This document shows, piece after piece, positions 60,637-64,000 of a DNA stretch of 64,000 bases (position 1 is its first letter; the number at the start of each line of letters is the position of its first letter). The DNA comes from Hormiphora californensis. Taxonomy: Eukaryota; Animalia; Ctenophora. The notes beneath the pieces were generated by a model. That model had not been told where the DNA came from. It saw nothing but the letters and a program-made list of their open reading frames with translations, and did not search any database. The translations under genes were made by a program, and so were the position numbers. The DNA is taken from contig CM035350.1 in NCBI GenBank assembly GCA_020137815.1, positions 5,642,001 through 5,706,000 of the forward strand. Reading direction: 5' to 3'.

Positions 60637-63522
60637 AAAGAGAGAGAGAAAGATCACCAGCAGGTGTTGGGTTCACGGACGTGTCTCTTGGACGTGGCAG
60701 GCATCTCACTTGTTTGAACGGATCAGCAGTATTCAAGGCACACCATTTCGCGCGCGAAACGCGCGCACACACATTGGCAAAACTCCAAATAGGAAGTTGG
60801 GACCGAGGCTTATGAGAAAGAGAGGCACTCAGACTGTCAGGCAGGAAGGTGTTCTGTGTACTCACGACTGGATCGTCTCACTTACCACAGGGTCATACTG
60901 AAATTGGGGGAGATGAATTATTCAGTACTATTTTGAACAGAAGGTTGCCCGCGTAACTTGTAGTGGGAAAACGACAACCTTCAATTCTGAGGGGCACGAC
61001 GTGCCCAAAACAGAAGGCCCTGCAATGGCAGCAGGAAGGGGGTGGTAGAGGTTTGAGGTGCATTGTCGAGGCACCACTTACCGGATGAAAGATGTTGTAA
61101 AATCGCCTGCAAGTAGGAAGCGAGAAATCCTTGTCAAAGGAGTGGACACCCCTCACAGCAAGAAAAAGGCCCAGGGGACTGCCTATAGCAAACATATGCT
61201 CCACAGGGAAGTTCAGTTGTATCGTATCTACCTGGGGTTGCCCAGTACCGCTACCGGAACACCTCTGAGGGAGAGAAGAAGGAGTTAGCAAGATGTGTGT
61301 TACAATTCTGTATTGAGAGAAGGAGTTAGCAAGATGTGTGTTACATTTCTGTATTGAGATTGAGAATCAGGATTGTAGAAAGGCACACATACACTGTACT
61401 TAGATTTCTCACAGGAACCAACTGAATCACTTCTACCCAGTAATTGAAATGACTCGGTCACTTGACTGAGCGAGGAGTCTACTACAGAGGAGTCCACTGT
61501 TTCACCGGCTGACCTCTCAACGACACAATCCGTAGAGCTCGTGTTCTGAAGGGGGTGGTTCAAATTAACCGCAGCAATATCAAACCAAATAGAAAAAGGC
61601 TCTCACTAATAAAAGAACCCCAAGCAACAATAGACTTTAATTAGGTTTTTTGAAATGTCCCACTGTCATTGCTCCAACCCTGATGAGATAAAGAATTGGA
61701 ATCTCAACAGTCGACATGATCAACCTGACCTCAAAGCTTCAATTCTCTATCTCATCACCTATAATTGTTGCTTGGGTTTTCCCATCATTTTAGTCTAGTG
61801 AAAATGTGAAATGTCTTACCAATTCATTAGTATAATTGCCATCAGTGTCAGGGTTGTCTTTTCTCTTATCTTGTTGAGACAACAAATCAAAAGCAATAAC
61901 AGAACCTGGAAAATACCTTTGTAAATAGAAAGTAGAAGCATGTTGTCAAAACACCGATGCTTTGGTTTGTTGTTGTTGAGTTACTGAACAAGTTGAGTTA
62001 CTCAGCAAGTTGACATGGACAGACTGGGAACATGTCAGTAGTAGAAGGGAGTAGGGACAACTTTTGATTCCGTCAGCGTCTGGTCGGGTATATTTGTCTG
62101 GCTGGAGATCTGTATTCAGAGCCGATGTCGATCTATCGCTGTGCGACGTGCGTGTGGGGGGGGGGGGGCATCTAGTATCTACGTCACTCTCACGACGATA
62201 GATATTGCTGCTGCATATGCAGTATATTTTGGTTACGAAGTCACCCCTATTATTGCATATAGGGGTGACAATACCGCCTACCTAAAAATGAAAATTTACG
62301 GGACCTTCTCATAAAAAGTTATCGAAAACTTGTCTGAAACCTATCTAAAACGTATGGTACTAGTTTGTATAGTAACCAGGACCTGAATTCTACAGAAAGT
62401 AACGACCGGTAGCGATTACACCACATGTTTAACAACAGAGGTGTGTCGCATAACTCCTTATATGGGCATAAAATTCCAATCTTGTGGAATTTTTTCTGAC
62501 TCGACTATAGCTTAGTTATCAATGAATCCACCTCTAATACCTTTGGAATGGCATTTTGCACATTTCTGAAGGTTTTTGTAGCCAAATTCCAGCATCTTCA
62601 TAGTTTTCCAAAAACAAAAACAGTGTTAATGGCCAAAATATCGAAAAATTCCGGTATGTAATGGTAGCTCAGACAATTTCCTCGGTATGTTCAAAAAATT
62701 AGAACTTTCTGTTTTGTAGTTTGGACACAGGAATTTTTTTCCCGCCGTACAAGCGATATTATTACCCCTCCGTGAGCTAGCGCAGAGGGGGAATTTCATT
62801 ACCAACAGTATATTGTGACGTCAGACCATATTGCAGAGTGCAGGGAGGCAGGTTGCGCGCACCGCATAACCCGTGTTGCACGGCGCCCTACTGACATCTT
62901 ACCTAAACTGTGTCCAACGATGGAAACGCCACCTTTGAAGCTGGGATTCCTCTTCAGGAATTTGTCGTGTAACCTGTTCATTTCCTTGCCGCATTGCTCA
63001 ATAATCGTCTGCAGAGGAGTAAGGATAAACTTGTTATACACACAGTGTGAGCGATACTGGTTCTGTGCTACTACTTCACCTACTACTTCACTATTATATA
63101 TGTAGATTCACCTGCTACATATACCGATACATCCAGTAAGCAGGCAAGACATGGTACATACATGTCTACAGACACACAACCAAAGCAACCTTGGTGTGTA
63201 TGTATGATACAAAGCGACATGCACACTATATAATAGTTGTTGTAAAAACCGCTATGAGGAACCCATATCATATCATGCTATAACCCGGTCGGGAGCCCAG
63301 ATCAGGGTCAACTGTCAAGCAATGCAACACAATTCATGCAATGGTAACATACCTGACAGTAAAAGGGACTGGTGTAGAACAACACGTCAACACAGGTGTT
63401 GTTAACGAAGTCCCGGAGAAGAGGAATGCTGTCTAGAGTCAGTTTCTGGATGTGTTTATCGACACCCATACTGTCACTGTGCAGGGCAGCGTGCCATTCA
63501 ATCGGCAGGAACTCAACTCTAC
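59623..63522 (-). CDS. DDHD-domain intracellular phospholipase A1 (DDHD2/SEC23IP-like), 3' part; gene continues beyond the window
   Basis: Exons 63522-63353 ([11 protein letters not shown]), 63008-62903 (GHSLG lipase motif), 61905-61820, ~61545-61400, 61264-61082 (FAIGSP..NIFHP), 60897-60886 (YDPV), 60543-60453, 60283-60158, 60049-59907 ([15 protein letters not shown]), 59707-59623 (SEDT). One phase join near 61400 is unresolved. Confidence 0.9.
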
Positions 63523-64000
63523 CTGAGAGGGGAGGGGGTCAAGGCAGGAACTCAACTCTACCTGAGAGGGGAGGGGGGTCAAGGAAGGAACTCAACTCTA
63601 CCTGAGAGGGGAGGGAGGTCAAGGAAGGAACTCAACTCTACCTGAGAGGGGAGGGGGGTCAAGGAAGGAACTCAACTCTACCTGAGAGGGGAGGGAGGTC
63701 AAGGCAGGAACTCAACTCTACCTGAGAGGGGAGGGGGGTCAAGGCAGGAACTCAATTCTACCTGAGAGGGGAGGGGGTCAAGGCAGGAACTCAACTCTAC
63801 CTGAGAGGGGAGGGGGTCAAGGAAGGAACTCAACTCTACCTGAGAGGGGAGGGGGGTCAAGGCAGGAACTCAACTCTACCTGAGAGGGGAGGGAGGTCAA
63901 GGCAGGAACTCAACTCTACCTGAGAGGGGAGGGGGGTCAAGGCAGGAACTCAACTCTACCTGAGAGGGGAGGGGGTCAAGGCAGGAACTCAACTCTACCT
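63504..64000 (-). repeat. 39-40-bp minisatellite made of the DDHD intron acceptor and exon start
   Basis: Minus-strand unit ttgacc(c)ccctcccctctcag|GTAGAGTTGAGTTCCT(G/T)CC. One real junction plus at least 11 further copies, running off the window. Confidence 0.95.

Noticed and set aside
62240-62800. Possible Helentron/DINE-like element with terminal hairpins
   Set aside because: Small hairpins are present, but termini and family cannot be established from one copy.

Overview
Eukaryotic (animal) genomic DNA with short, C-rich GT-AG introns and abundant (GA)n/(CT)n microsatellites. A ctenophore-like origin is my inference and is not proven by the sequence. Genes in order: two tandem NOL4-like paralogues (+); a ~9.3-kb intronless SRCR-like/LDLa/7TM receptor broken by ~10 frameshifts (+); TDP-43/TARDBP (-), whose GC-AG intron holds a complete calpain gene on the opposite strand; intronless ZMPSTE24 (-), ending only 187 bp upstream of the TDP-43 ATG; importin beta-1 (+), head-to-head with ZMPSTE24; DAP1 (+); and the 3' part of a DDHD/SEC23IP phospholipase (-). 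Several MITE/foldback elements lie in introns and intergenic DNA. Two stretches (~0.3-4.0 kb and ~8.95-11.5 kb) look like low-quality homopolymer-inflated sequence. The most unusual signal: in three unrelated genes an intron is largely a tandem array whose unit is that intron's own branch point, pyrimidine tract, CAG and the first 8-21 nt of the downstream exon. This gives 11-22 decoy splice acceptors in front of the real one, and smaller two-copy versions occur in several other introns. Exon coordinates were read by eye and may be off by a few bases.
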